Shown piece after piece: positions 27,779 through 40,798 of a DNA stretch of 64,000 bases. Source of the stretch: Syncephalis fuscata S228. Its lineage: Eukaryota > Fungi > Zoopagomycota. Numbering within the stretch: position 1 is the stretch's first letter; each line of letters opens with the position of its first letter. The translations under genes were made by a program, and so were the position numbers. The stretch lies in NCBI GenBank assembly GCA_025786725.1, contig JAHLTZ010000045.1, forward strand, positions 1 through 64,000, in the 5' to 3' direction. The notes under the pieces were generated by a model, which saw only the letters and a list, made by a program, of their open reading frames with translations, had not been told where the DNA came from and made no database searches.

Positions 27779-29656
27779 TTATTTTGACGCTAAAAGACGG
27801 CTCAACACTTCAGGTAGACCGTCAAGTGTGCATTCAACTTGTTCACGAGAACGAAGATCTCGAACTGTTAGTGTATTCTTGCTATTTCATCTTCTCCAAT
27901 AAGAATGGCCACTTTCATGTTCATTTCGCTTGCTTGACTTAGTGCACGGCCCATACGTGCACTTTTCTGCGATGTTTGATGTAATAAACTGCATTGGTAG
28001 CCTGTGTTACGTACTCGATCGGCTACTTGATAGGCTATTTTATAGATGGACAGATTGGTTGCACCTTCAATGCTATTCAAATCTTCAGGTGATCCACGTA
28101 CAGGCAAGCCCATTACGGCAATGGCCATTAAATTGTTTTCCTTTTCTTTAATTGATTCTGGCAATAATAAAGCAAGTCGATCAATACCTGCCGCCCATCT
28201 ATAAACACAGCAACAATAATAATATATAGTTATATATATATAGTAAATATAGTAAATATAGTAAATATTAGTAATTCTTACCCAACTGCTGGTACACTTG
28301 TATCATCGCTGAGTGTTGCCACAAGTGTATCATAGCGGCCGCCGGCTAGAATTGTATCTTGTGATGCACCTAATGATGTACCCTCCGAATACTTAACCTC
28401 CCATACTGTATCATTATAGTAGTCAAGACCACGTACAAGACGTGAATTTACGGTATATGGCACATTAACCGCCTCAAGTAACTCGCAAACAAATGCAAAA
28501 CGGCGTCGACTCTCCGGCGTAAGATGATCAATTAGTCGAGGTGCCTCTTCAATCAATGGTTGATCCTCCGGAGCCTTTGAATCAAAAATACGCAGTGGAT
28601 TCTCGGTCAATCTAAAATTACATTTAATTAGTACTGATTTAATCAGTATATAAACACAAACAAACCTTCTTTGACTATCTGATGACAATGACTCTTTTCG
28701 TTTATAAAAGTATTCACATAGTTTTTCAATATATTCTAATCGTTCCATAATATCACCAAGCGAGTTGATTTCTAACTAGTAGTTCATTGTTGTTGCTAAT
28801 GTTGTGTTGGAATGATCTGCTTACGTGAGGTGTGTCTGGCAAGCCAAGACGTTCTATAAATGACCAGCCCATTCGAATAAGTTCAACATCGCTTGTTGGA
28901 TGCGATTGACCAAATAATTCGACGCCAAATTGTTCAAACTACGTAAATAGTTATAATATGGCAAATTATTTTATCTAATCAATTGATTTAACTAATTTAC
29001 TTTCTTACCTGGCGCAGACGGCCTTTTTGTGGTCGTTCGTGTCTAAACATTGGGCCGTGGTAGAAAAGTCGCTGCGACTTGCTTTGAAGCTGACGATTGG
29101 ATATTAATGCTCGTACGATACCTACATTATCACATTAACCATTCTGTTAATACTTAGAAATATAGCGTGTTATTAGTCTTTCTTCTTCTCCTTCTCCATT
29201 ACCTGCTGTGCCTTCAGGGCGCATTATTACCTCAGAGCCACTTTTATCGGTGAATTTGTACAATTCCTTGCCGATCACGTCGGAACTTGTTCCAAGCGAA
29301 CCTTCAAACACTTCAGCATACTCAAGTATAGGTGTAGTAACCTATTTGAATTCATTAGCTAAATCACAAATAGAGTCAAGTATGTTTGGTATTATGAACC
29401 ATGACTATAGTCATGACAATAAGCATTCTATTACCTCGACAAAGCCGTGTGCCTCAGCTATTGCTCGGCCGTGTTCAGTGATATGGCGGTACTTTAACGT
29501 ATCGGGCATGAAGCGGTCGCGCATGCCACGCACGGGACGGCAAGTGGCGGCTACTGCTGAAACATTTAATTGACGCGTAGTGCTGGCAAGTAAATTACAC
29601 CGCCAATGAAATAATAATCTGTCATTACGCGTTATGAAAGTACCGCGACGAATCAT
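27779..29656 (-). CDS. Histidyl-tRNA synthetase, probably mitochondrial (bacterial-type)
   Basis: Arg-rich presequence, [50 protein letters not shown]. Confidence 0.92.
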
Positions 29657-29689
29657 ATTAACGAAAAGAAGAAGCGTAATTAAAAAAAA

Positions 29690-29900
29690 TAAATTAATCC
29701 AGTATTAGTTTGTTTTATAAAACTTAAACCATCATTACTATTTCTACCCACCTTCACTGATTACCACCTTATTAAAGTGTTTTGCTATAATATCATTTTT
29801 TATTATTTATAAAGTATTGAAATGCAATCTAGTGAATATGAATTAAATGACTAATAGCGCCAATCATTTAATATTGGTACAATAGACCAGTTTTAATGCG
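29690..29900 (-). pseudogene. Relic fragment of a questin-oxidase-like paralog
   Basis: 29690-29805 is near-identical to 39037-39150 (intron plus exon end). The adjacent sequence translates to a degenerate GAISHLIH, versus GAVGHSLIH in the intact gene. Confidence 0.7.
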
Positions 29901-29963
29901 TATATAATACAAATGAAACTTCTATAGAACACAATAAAATGATACTGTAATAATAGTATTGAA

Positions 29964-32439
29964 AATCAGACAACTAATAAATATATATTAATACTTGTAC
30001 CAATCTAAATATCATAGTAAATAAAATTACTCTAATTCAATGCTGTTAGTTTGATATATGTATATATAACAAACTAGAAATAAGCTAGCAATTAATATAG
30101 ACCAATTTATAACACAAAAATTAACGCCTTATTTACGTTGTAATAACGTTGCTGCAAATCTTTCTATAATATTACATGTTTATTGTACAAATGACTACTG
30201 CCATAAATATACAGACTAGCAATTCTATCGTATGTTTTGTCAAACTCCAATTGCTTCGTGTTGTATGAACCCTCTTTAACTTTGCGCAGTAATTTACCAT
30301 CGGCATCTTCAAAAAATATAGAATAGCAACAGATGCACAGCATAACTGGAGTATCACCACAATGAACATCATCAAGAATAACTTGCCTGTATAATCTGCA
30401 ATGTAAATATACTTATTACACGTTATTTGATCGGTTACTTGCTCGTCCAGATAAATGATATACACATGGCATCTCATGCTATTGGTTCCAGCAGCTCAAC
30501 TATCTATGCGCTATACAAGTCCATCAGGTAATTGTACAAGGGTTTTTTATGATATAATCGAATGCTGTTTGGCATATACATTGAGCAGGACAGTGTGGAA
30601 CAAAAAACAAAAAATTCTAATACTAATCACGCACTGTAAATTCTGCATAATAAGTCCGGTTGAATTGTTTTCCAGCCGTCTTCACAATTTGTCCAATGTT
30701 TTTGAAACAAGCCACTTACCTTGATGTGGTTGATTTCCGTGCCTGTTCAAATTTGTAACCAATGAGCGTGTAAATATGATAGCGCCATACTAATTCTTGT
30801 AAATACTTGAAAGACAAATCCTGTTTTATATAAACTGGTAATAACATGACTGAGGTTGAAATTGTTTGGCTTGTCTAGACTTATCATAACAAAACGCTGT
30901 TTGATATAGTTATTAATGATGTGTTACAGCAATTTGCATCTAGTAGCATTGTATATTAGCTGGCTATTCCATCGTTAATGTAAACCAGTGTACTAATATA
31001 AAGTGTTCATTTGCCACACTAAAGTAAATAAAATGTCCTTTAGTTTCTAGGCCTTAACCATGATTTCATCATGGATTTGGGTGTATGTATATTCGAATTA
31101 TTTGCTAAATAAAGTAAATGAAATGCCCTTTGGTTTCTAGGCCTTATCTACAATGAATCCAGACCATAGGTTCTAGAAATGTTACCTGTAGCTGTGATGC
31201 ATAAACCTGTTACTTCGGCTATGTACTGGCTTACATCCAAGCTCCCAAGTGCAATGTCATGGGTCGAGAACATCATGTAATGGTGTTAGCCAGTTGATTG
31301 TGAAGCAATCTAAATACCAGACCAATTAATTATTAATAAATGGCTATTATTGGGACAGAGTATAGGAATTTTGTATAAAAGGCACGGTGGATTTCATATT
31401 AGCATTCCAACATCACAACACAGCAACATCAGCTCCATTAACATCTAAACTTCTTCTCAGACAATAGAACTCCGATCAGCTTTTTATTCATTTATAAATC
31501 CAGCAATATCCACCATGCAATTCTCTTTATCGCTTGCCGCCGTCTTGTTGGCTTCTGCCGCCAGTCTTATTCAGGCTGCTCCCAATGTCGCCCAGTCAAA
31601 AAATATACGCATATGGTGGCTCTATACGGAAAACACCTGCCTTCACGTAGTGGAGCATGATCCGACAGTTGCCTTCAGTTTAAGTGTCGTATGCCACAAC
31701 TCACACTGGATTCAAACGCCAATCCCTGCCGAAACTCCTGCTGCATCTGGAAACTACTTTACGCTTAAATCAACTTTCAACAACAAGTGCTTGACGTACA
31801 ATCCAAATAAAAACCCCAATGGCCATGGATCTATAATTACCATGGACTGCAAACCAAATTCAAAAGATCAGCACTGGGAAATGCTTGATATCGAGCATGA
31901 AGGAAAGGTCGAACAGAAGCTATCGCCAAGAACTCCGCGATATGGCAATACAAATGCTTGCGTCAGACCTATTAGACTCAATATGGACGGAAAAGCTGAA
32001 TACGAAGAATGCAATCACAGAGATCCACAACAATACTGTCGTATTGAGAAGGTTTAATAAACGTTACTAAATAGTTGTTATTAATCCAAGTATTGCTAAA
32101 TGTGCTATCCGAGTATTTGTTCTTGGAACATAATTAATGTTTTAGAACATGTATACTTATAATGAATGTATATGACATGTGCTTGCCTATCAAAAGTTAT
32201 ACTAATCAAGGTCACGTAAATGATTAAACATGCAATCATAATGCAAGTGAAGCCTGAACATGGATATCGCTATCTAAAATAAATTAGTTTACAAACCATT
32301 TAAAGTAGTAGATTTAGCAATCTAAATACGCTTTATTTTCATTATTGTTACTACAGTAATACTAAACATGGAACTGCGTGGTGAGTAGCATCAGAGTTTA
32401 AAAGACTTATCATTATAGATTTATTATCTAGTACACATA
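29964..32439 (+). repeat. Left arm of a ~2.5-kb inverted segmental duplication
   Basis: Near-identical reverse complement of 44807-47285. Confidence 0.95.
31515..32057 (+). CDS. Secreted ricin-B (beta-trefoil) lectin-like protein, copy 1
   Basis: Signal peptide MQFSLSLAAVLLASAASLIQA. FTLKSTFNNKCL...IITMDC...DQHW with repeated Cys pairs and a QxW-type motif. Intronless; TATA-like TATAAAA at ~31375. Confidence 0.75.
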   Translation: MQFSLSLAAVLLASAASLIQAAPNVAQSKNIRIWWLYTENTCLHVVEHDPTVAFSLSVVCHNSHWIQTPIPAETPAASGNYFTLKSTFNNKCLTYNPNKNPNGHGSIITMDCKPNSKDQHWEMLDIEHEGKVEQKLSPRTPRYGNTNACVRPIRLNMDGKAEYEECNHRDPQQYCRIEKV

Positions 32440-32913
32440 AATTCTTTATTTGTCAGTATCAATATTTGTGTTGCCGTATATTATTTTGTCATATACTAAA
32501 TAAATTCTATTTGTTATAAATTTCAAGTACATATAGTATAACAAATGTAATGAGCGAAATAATTTAATTATTATTAATAGTAAATTTAGCGGTAAAGGTA
32601 ACAACTTTTAATAAATCTATAATGATGAGTATTTTAATGACTGATACCACTCGCCACCCATCATCATGTTCAATAAAAAAAATGCTAGTTTAGTTATGCA
32701 AAAGCTAGTTGCAGTCATTTGCTTCTAAGCTATAATAATTTGATGTTAAGTTGTTTAATATTAATGTCAGAACAATAACAAAAATAGGCTGCAAAATAAT
32801 AATTAAAGTAATTTAATGAATAAAAGCTATAATAATAAAAACAAAAGTAAAGCAAATAAATTTGATAATCGTAATAACCGTTAAAAAGAATTAATAATTA
32901 AAATTAGAAGAAA

Positions 32914-35066
32914 TTAATAAGCACGATAAGGTTGTACTATGAATTGATTGCCTCGAGGATTAGTCGTACTGCTGAAGACTGGTTGCATATCATTTTTAAG
33001 GCTTGGTACCAACGTAAAGTGACGTAGTAATTCGACAAGTGTCAAGCGGAGTTCCATCCAAGCAAGACTAGTGTGAAAATCAAAAAAAGCAAATAATGTT
33101 AAGTACAGTAAAGACGATTAAGAATAATATGATAACTTACTTGCGACCGATACATGCACGAGGACCAACAGAGAATGGCGCAAAATTTATTTTCATTATG
33201 GCCAGCTGTTCGGGCGATGCGTTGAGCCAGCGATCTGGATAAAATTTATGTGGATCTGGAAAGATTTGTTCATTCATATGCATAGCAATAGTTGATACCA
33301 TCACCGTGGTCTAATAATAAATAACAAATAAGTACACCAAGGATATAAATAAGGTAATGTATTTAGGGCCATGATTTTACTTACCCCGCCTGGAACGAAA
33401 TAGTCATCCAATGTTGCACCTTCTTGAGGAACAACACGTGGCATGCCATGAGCAATGACCGGTCGAAGACGCATCGCTTCATGGAATACGGCATCGAGGT
33501 AGCGCATTGGAGCAATGTCATTATAAGAAATACGTGTATTAGGATCCGGTAAACTGCTTTGATTTCTTCAACTAAGCGGCGTGTGTACTCGGGATGTCCA
33601 AGCAGAAAGTGCAAAGTCCTAAAAACACTTAGTGTTAAATGCAAATATTTTATTTTATTTTATTGACTTACCACGTGAGTGTGATGGCCGTTGTATCGGT
33701 ACCGGCAATACTATATTACATAATACACTGATTAGATTACTGAAAGTGTAATGTAGTAGTGCTTACATTAATAAAATTACCTCTGATCTAATATTTTCAT
33801 CTGCCATTGTGGCACCAGTTTCCTCATCGACAGCTTCAATAAGTTTTGTAACGTGTCTTTGCGCCGGTTACTGCCGGCTTGTCTTCTTCGTTGAATCGCA
33901 TCTCTTGCGTACTGTGAATAGTTAGCAATTGATGGATGATAGGTTAATAGTATTATAAATTGCTTACATTCTCAAATGACTCGACAGAACGTGTTAGGTT
34001 CGGGAACATACGAGGAGAAAATAGCTTGCCCAGCATGTAGTGCTAAATATTACAAATCGTAAGTATAATACTATTTTACTATTAAATACTACATACTCTA
34101 GCAACATAAGCAACTGTATCGTTGATCCATTGAATGATCGGATGCTGTTCTTTATTTTCTTCAAGCAGTCCAAAGGTTTTACCAAAGCCAACTTCACCAA
34201 TGACATCCTGTAATGGTATAAGTATTACTGGTAGCGAATATTCAGTGTACATACAAAAGTCATATTTCTTATTAGATTCATCAAGTCAACGGCACTCCCG
34301 CTATCGGCATGCGCCCGAATACGCTCTACAAGTCGAGCCACTCCAACATCAATGATGAGTGGTTCTATAGCGCTAAGAGCGCTAGACGTGAATGCTGGGA
34401 GCATAAGTCGTTTCTAATAAACTTCTGGTCAGCTAAACTGCATTCTATACCGTTGATACAACAACCGACCTGTGTACGGTGGTAACCAGGATCTCTATAA
34501 CATTGGGTAATGAATATTATGTATGTGCTAGTTAATTAATTTACCAACCTACCTTGTATTAAATAGATTTGCTTTACCAATACGGAGAAAGTTGTAGCCT
34601 TTTCCTTTAAGGTATTTATGCGATCCATTAACCTTTCGGATTAAGTTGGCGCTTGATACCCAAATGGTATTTGGGCCTATCCAATAGAACCAATCAGATT
34701 CATTAGTGCTCAATATAGTGGCTTATACAGAAATACAACTATTTACCTGTACGCACAATTGGGCCATAAGCATTGTGCAACTTTAGAATATCGGTGTTTT
34801 CTTGCGCGTAGATCAGCTTCATGTTAAGTATGAATTCCGTAAGCGCCGAAATACGAGGGCCCGGCACCTTGGCTAACGGGCTGATGTAATCTTGCTCGAT
34901 AAGCTGCAGACGACAATATGAGTCTCGAGCCATTTATTGGGCAACAAATGCACCGGCAACCATTGATTAATCAACTTACCGTGTAAACAAAGCAGCCAAT
35001 ACCAGCTAAGGCGGTAAGCTCCAACCATGGTACGGTAGCTAGTACAATTTGGAATGCAGATGACAT
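32914..35066 (-). CDS. Cytochrome P450, copy 1 (multi-exon)
   Basis: N-terminal TM, PLAKVPGP, AGTDTT, EAMRLRP (ExxR), PDRW, FSVGPRACIG heme motif. Confidence 0.92.
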
Positions 35067-37656
35067 TGGTCGATATTGGTGTCGTCACTGAATCAATAAT
35101 GGGTCAGAGAAGATAAAATAGGAGTACAGGATGACTTGCGCGGAGGCGCTGTACAACAATATGTATTTATAAAAGCCACCAAGTTTTCCGCGTGTATTTG
35201 AAAATACATGTGCGGATGAATCCAAGTCCAGACTCTTGATGCTATGTGGAATGTCTAGACCGCAAAGATGGCTGCGTGGTGGTTTGCCAGTACTACCCAT
35301 GTAATGCACTTTACACGACACACAGGCACACAGGCACCATTGCCCTCTGTCGGCACCCAGATTTTAGTTTGTCTGTGTCGACTAGGCTAGATCCTCGATA
35401 GAACAATTTGCATCGTCGCAATTTATTAATGCCAAACGATATAGTTTGGTTCCCATGAACGCTTTTGTATCGCATGAAATTTAATTGCAATGTGATGATG
35501 GCTGCAAAAACGGTTCGGTTTTTACTATAATGTTGCCAAGCGGGCTAATACTTTCGTCGAAATAAAAACTTGAGCTATAATGGTTCATGTCTAGAACAAT
35601 GGACATATTACAGGACTGCTACGTATACTGAACAGGTTATAGCGAATATTTTTTATTTAACCAATAATAGGCAGGATTTTGGTTACTATAATGGCACCTG
35701 ACAGCTTAAATGAATGGGTTGCGGTGATTTGCATTCCTGCACATCTGCAGCAACAATGCAGAAGTACATACTGGCCGGAACCCTTTGGCATGTGTGTACT
35801 ACCACAATTATGCATGTCGCCAATAAAAGTAACTAAAATGAAGCGTGTTTACTTATTCGATGAATAAAAATGTATACCATTCTATTGGTTTATGTTTTCT
35901 AGAACAAAAAAGGAACCGTTTCTATTTTCAAATAACTAGGCTGAAATAATGGCTACAACGCCATGTTTGACCAGTTGTGCGTAGTATGAATCACAAACTT
36001 GTTTACGTTTGGCATGTTATCAGCTGATAGCAAATACTTTGATTTATTGTAGTTATTGATGGTATCGGCTGTGAGCAGTGTAGTTATCATTTGTACAGCT
36101 AAGCATCAAGTGCTAGATGCCAACTACACTTACAGGTAGTATAGGCTGCAGTTCATAACAGAGGGTCAATCTGGAACATTGCTATAGCCGAATCATTTTA
36201 CGCACATTTAATATCAGCTAGATTTTAAAACCTGTTGAATGAATGAATTTTGTGTGGTTGTTGCGCACACTATCATTGATTCATAAAACCCCGACACTGT
36301 TTTGTTTGTGTAGCTGGACACTTCTATTTCTAGATGGCTGGTCATATTGAATTTGGTATTCTTTTAATTTTTTTTAATAAAAAGGTCTTTTACAGGCCCA
36401 GATCCTATTTAGGCTGGGTAAATCCAACAATAGACTTGGCTATATTTATGAAGCATTATTCACATGTATAACTTTGGCCTAATCAAATGGTCGAAATACA
36501 CTAGCGACTGATGTTCTATCAGATGATTGTGCTGGCGCATGCCACCAGTTACTTTAATAAGAGCACACTAGGCCTTTTGTGCAGACAATAATAATTTGCT
36601 GAGTGTGTAAAACGATGTCAGTTATAATGAGTCTAGACTCGTGGTATCTACCAATTTTGTAATATTTCAAAACTTTGCCCGTATCAATTTTCCATTCATC
36701 AACAATGTCTGGTTGATTGCTGTTATTCAAAACTACATGAAAAAACTGTAGATAATCAGCGACCTTTGTGGTCTCAACCAGCAGGTTTGTATTTGCATTT
36801 ATGACAGTGCGAACATGACACTAGCAATAACATATAGGCCATCACATGGTAAACTAATTTGGAAAGCTGATGTTACATTTCTATGAACATACCGCTCGTG
36901 GTGTTTCAACATAAATATAGTAATTTCTATTTCGAAATTAGTTTTGAAACCAATTTTAGCTTCCTCTTTTTGAACATTGGAATAGAAGTATATAGAAAGA
37001 CTGCGCAATATACTTGCTGAGTAATAGTAATAATAAATGAATTGTTATAGTAGGCAGCAATTGTATATAATATTGCTATATCATAGGCATCATTTTATTG
37101 CTTTATATCATTGTGTTTGGATATCAAACTAGTTTATTTGCAGTTCTGATTGTCGCCTAAGGCAAGCAGAATAGGTTAAAACAGCACGGAAGACAAGCAA
37201 TTATTATTGCAATGGCTATTACTGTTGATACACGATGATATCACTAATACACGTGGATGCCATATGCGAATATTGTATTACTTGAGACAAGGGACTTGTC
37301 ACTATTGAAGGCAAATATTGTTTATTATTTCACTGGCACATGATCCCGTGATGTCTTGACCTACCATAAAACTCATGTTTATGAACCAGAATTAGATCTC
37401 TACAGCTTAGCGGTAAAACGTGGTTTGCGCCAGCAATGATTCCGAGTTAAACATCCAATCTTGCTGTAGTAAACTCGGAGCAATAGACCGTGTTGCCGCT
37501 TAATCGTCGCATATAAATACAGAGTCATTATTTGGCTCATTATTGGCTCAACATCACATACTTGCTTATCTTCCAAGCGTACGACTCTTAAGCTTTACTC
37601 AAACCGACGATTCTTGCCACTGACACGACTGCCACTACCATTATCACTATAGCAAC

Positions 37657-38034
37657 ATGCATTTCTCAACTATTTCTTTCGCTGTCGTCGCCGCCTGCTT
37701 GTCTGCAATGACTACCGGATCAATCGCCGATGCTAAACCAGCTGCCCCTGTCATTGCCGCTTCCGACTGTGTTGATCAACTATCTCAAAAGGCTCCACCA
37801 TTCACGCGATTCCCAGCTGAAGATATGTTTGCCTGGACTGGTGCTGATGGATGGAAAAAAGTGACCAATGAGCACTGCACCAATGCTGGAAGATTGACCA
37901 ATCCTAAGGATCCAAGAAAACAGCCTGCTGTCCTTTTTAACTGCTGCTTAGGTACTAAATGCGTTAATTTGCCAAAAACCAGAGTAAACTCTTTAGATAT
38001 CAACGGCTACAAGTGCGAAGTTTACCTAGCTTAA
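37657..38034 (+). CDS. Small secreted cysteine-rich protein (effector-like)
   Basis: Signal peptide, 6 Cys in the mature region, intronless, TATAAATA at ~37512. Confidence 0.8.
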   Translation: MHFSTISFAVVAACLSAMTTGSIADAKPAAPVIAASDCVDQLSQKAPPFTRFPAEDMFAWTGADGWKKVTNEHCTNAGRLTNPKDPRKQPAVLFNCCLGTKCVNLPKTRVNSLDINGYKCEVYLA

Positions 38035-38522
38035 ATCTAAAGTATTAACAATTCTGTGCCATCAAAATGACAAACAGCATCCAATTTCAGTAACATGCAA
38101 ATGAATGTTATCACAAATATTTCTGGAAAATATAAATTAATAAATTTGCATGTCATATCGTTACTTGATAATTTATTTGTAATCCATCTAATGTAATTTA
38201 ATTGAGGCGAGTCATTAGCTATTTGTAAGTGTCTTACACTATCTAACCTGTCTTAGAGACTGTATAGTAACAGTGGTGGCAATACTTGAATTAAGTTGAT
38301 TTAAATAAGACATATTTGCAATACAGTCAATTGGTTAAACCATTTACAATTGTGATAACGTTTTTAAAAGAAAACAGTTAACATCGAATTACGATTAGTT
38401 GAAATTACACATACACACACGCGCGCGCATAACAAGTATTCTATCAAATAGATTCTACTAATAGACTAATTAAATAAAAACCAGTTTAAATGATAACAAT
38501 ACTATAAATAATATAGCCATTT

Positions 38523-39931
38523 TTAGTTAAACAAAATAACACTATCCATATACTGTTTACTCTTTAGAAGTTGGCGTTCATGATGCCCATATCCATCAAA
38601 CTCCCATGATCCTTCTCTCTTGACGTTGCCGTGGTCAATGCCGCAGTGGCCGCCATTTGCCTCCTTGCTCGCCAAACAGTCTTTCCGCCTCTTTCATTGA
38701 GTACACTATCTTGGGCACGTGCTGATCGTCAGTGGCTATTCCTTCATCAATAATTTTTTGCCATGAATAATTGTGCAGGTATGGCTGCATAACAGCATCA
38801 ATTTTATCGACGGATGGACACCCCTGCGCAATGTAGACTATAACAAGTAGTAGCCATTCGACACGCAACATGCGAACACGCTCTGCCACAGGCAATTTAT
38901 CGAATAACACGCGGATAGCATGGGCTGAAGTAACGCCGTGAGCTAAGAAAAAGTCGGTCGATTATGCTGTGATCCAGCAATATATACATCTAGAGCAGCT
39001 TCAAATAGCTCTATAAGTCGTGTATTTATATTATCTAAATTAATCCAGCATTAGTTTGTTTTATAAACCTAAACTATCATTACTATTTCTACCCACCTTC
39101 ATTGATTACCACCTTATTAAAGTGTTTTGCCACAATATCCTTTTTTGTCATAATGAGCTGCAATTTTGAACTGAATTTTAAGCCATTAGTGAATGTTATA
39201 TCAAGTGCTTTATCATTGGCCACTTCTTGGATAACTTGTTTGAATCCAATGTTTGTATCGCTGTTACTATGGTAGGTGTACGTGTCAATTATGTCATCTA
39301 ATGGAAAATATCTTGCTGAAGCAAGTGCAAGTGCTTCTACCAACACCAATGAATCATTAAATTCAATTGCAAAGCCCAAATGAATCAATGAATGACCTAC
39401 TGCTCCAACTGCTCCACTAAGCAGAGTAGGCACATACTTTAAGAAAAGCTCATTGGCACCTAGTGACTTTAACTGGTGGCTAAAAAATTCCAAATATGCT
39501 GGATAGGTCCTAATATTGGTCAATAGCTTATTAGAACATTAAAATAAACTGTAAATGGCACTTACGAAGTATCACCTAAATGATTTTTCCAGTTTTCCTC
39601 GGTAATGGCAACACTGGGCTGTTTCAATCGATCAAGTGAACGCCTACCATGCTCCATAGCTTTCTCAAGACGCTGGCTATCGGCTATTAGCAACAATTTA
39701 TGTTTAGCGATTATTATTTACGATTCACGTAATTCTACAATAAAACTCACCTCCTAAAGCCTTTAGAACACACAAGTGATGTACCATGTGGTTAACACGA
39801 TAACCTGTATGAATTATATTGTAGTTTTCATGGTTAACCCGAATAAGATGGTGTAGAGTTTGACTAGCAGTATCAGTTGGCTGCTGGTTGGCATGCGCAA
39901 TATTTGAATTATAAGTTGCAATGGACGACAT
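38523..39931 (-). CDS. Questin oxidase/AflY-like (DUF4243) oxidoreductase
   Basis: NHMVHHL..LKALG, GAVGHSLIHLGFAIE, EALA, DFFLAHGVTSAHA, HVPKIV. The 3' end is approximate. Confidence 0.8.
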
Positions 39932-40798
39932 AGTGACAATTGATATTGACAAAAAAAGTTGTTGTTGCTATTGTTTTATGAAGAATAAACGAGTAAATAT
40001 AATGCTATATATATATAGGGGTAGAAAAACAAAATATATTAGTTATTTTGCATAGAAAGTTGCTTCACGACCCGTTATATGCTTCTACGTCACCGGTAAG
40101 ACTCTCAGTAGTCATAGGATGAATCCATGTTTCACAAAGCTAACATATTACTAATGATTTGGCATATGTATATATACTAATTCGCTATTAAACTGCTCAT
40201 TTCTATTAACATCTATGAATATAGCTAGCTATTTTCATATTGAATATAGTGAAAATGGTTTGGAAACACCTAATAAAGTGATAATAACTATGCAATCAAT
40301 CCTAAGCAATGTTTGCTAAAAAATGTGCGTACAATGCTAATGAAACCAACTTGACTCAAAATCAACCAAGCCAGTGACTGTTGTTTTTAGTAATTTTGTG
40401 GACACAATATGCATAAACGCCAGTTTATTGACATGTGGCGCTATAAATAAATCACTTGTAACGCAATATCACGCTTTACACTAATGACATCATTAAGCCA
40501 ATTGCCACTGTATCAGATTTGTATCCGTGGGTATTTTCCTTTACATTTGATTATGTGTAACCGGTTTATTGTAGCAAAAAATAGATATTTACACTATTGT
40601 GTTATAACTACACGTCAATGCATCTAGTACTGCACGCCATAAATTAGTCATCAGTTTTGGATTATCTGAACAGCACGCATGTCACGGTAACAGACTCGTC
40701 ATTCTAGCACTAAAACATTAGTATGCTATCAACTATTCATTTACAAGTAAATTACGCTGAAATCAAAAATTAAATCAATAAACATTAGTATTTAATAT

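Noticed and set aside
30172-30900. Hydrophobic ORFs inside the duplicated arms (also 46357-47078)
   Set aside because: Non-ATG or inconsistent starts, stops differing between arms, no recognisable motif; at most a decayed gene.
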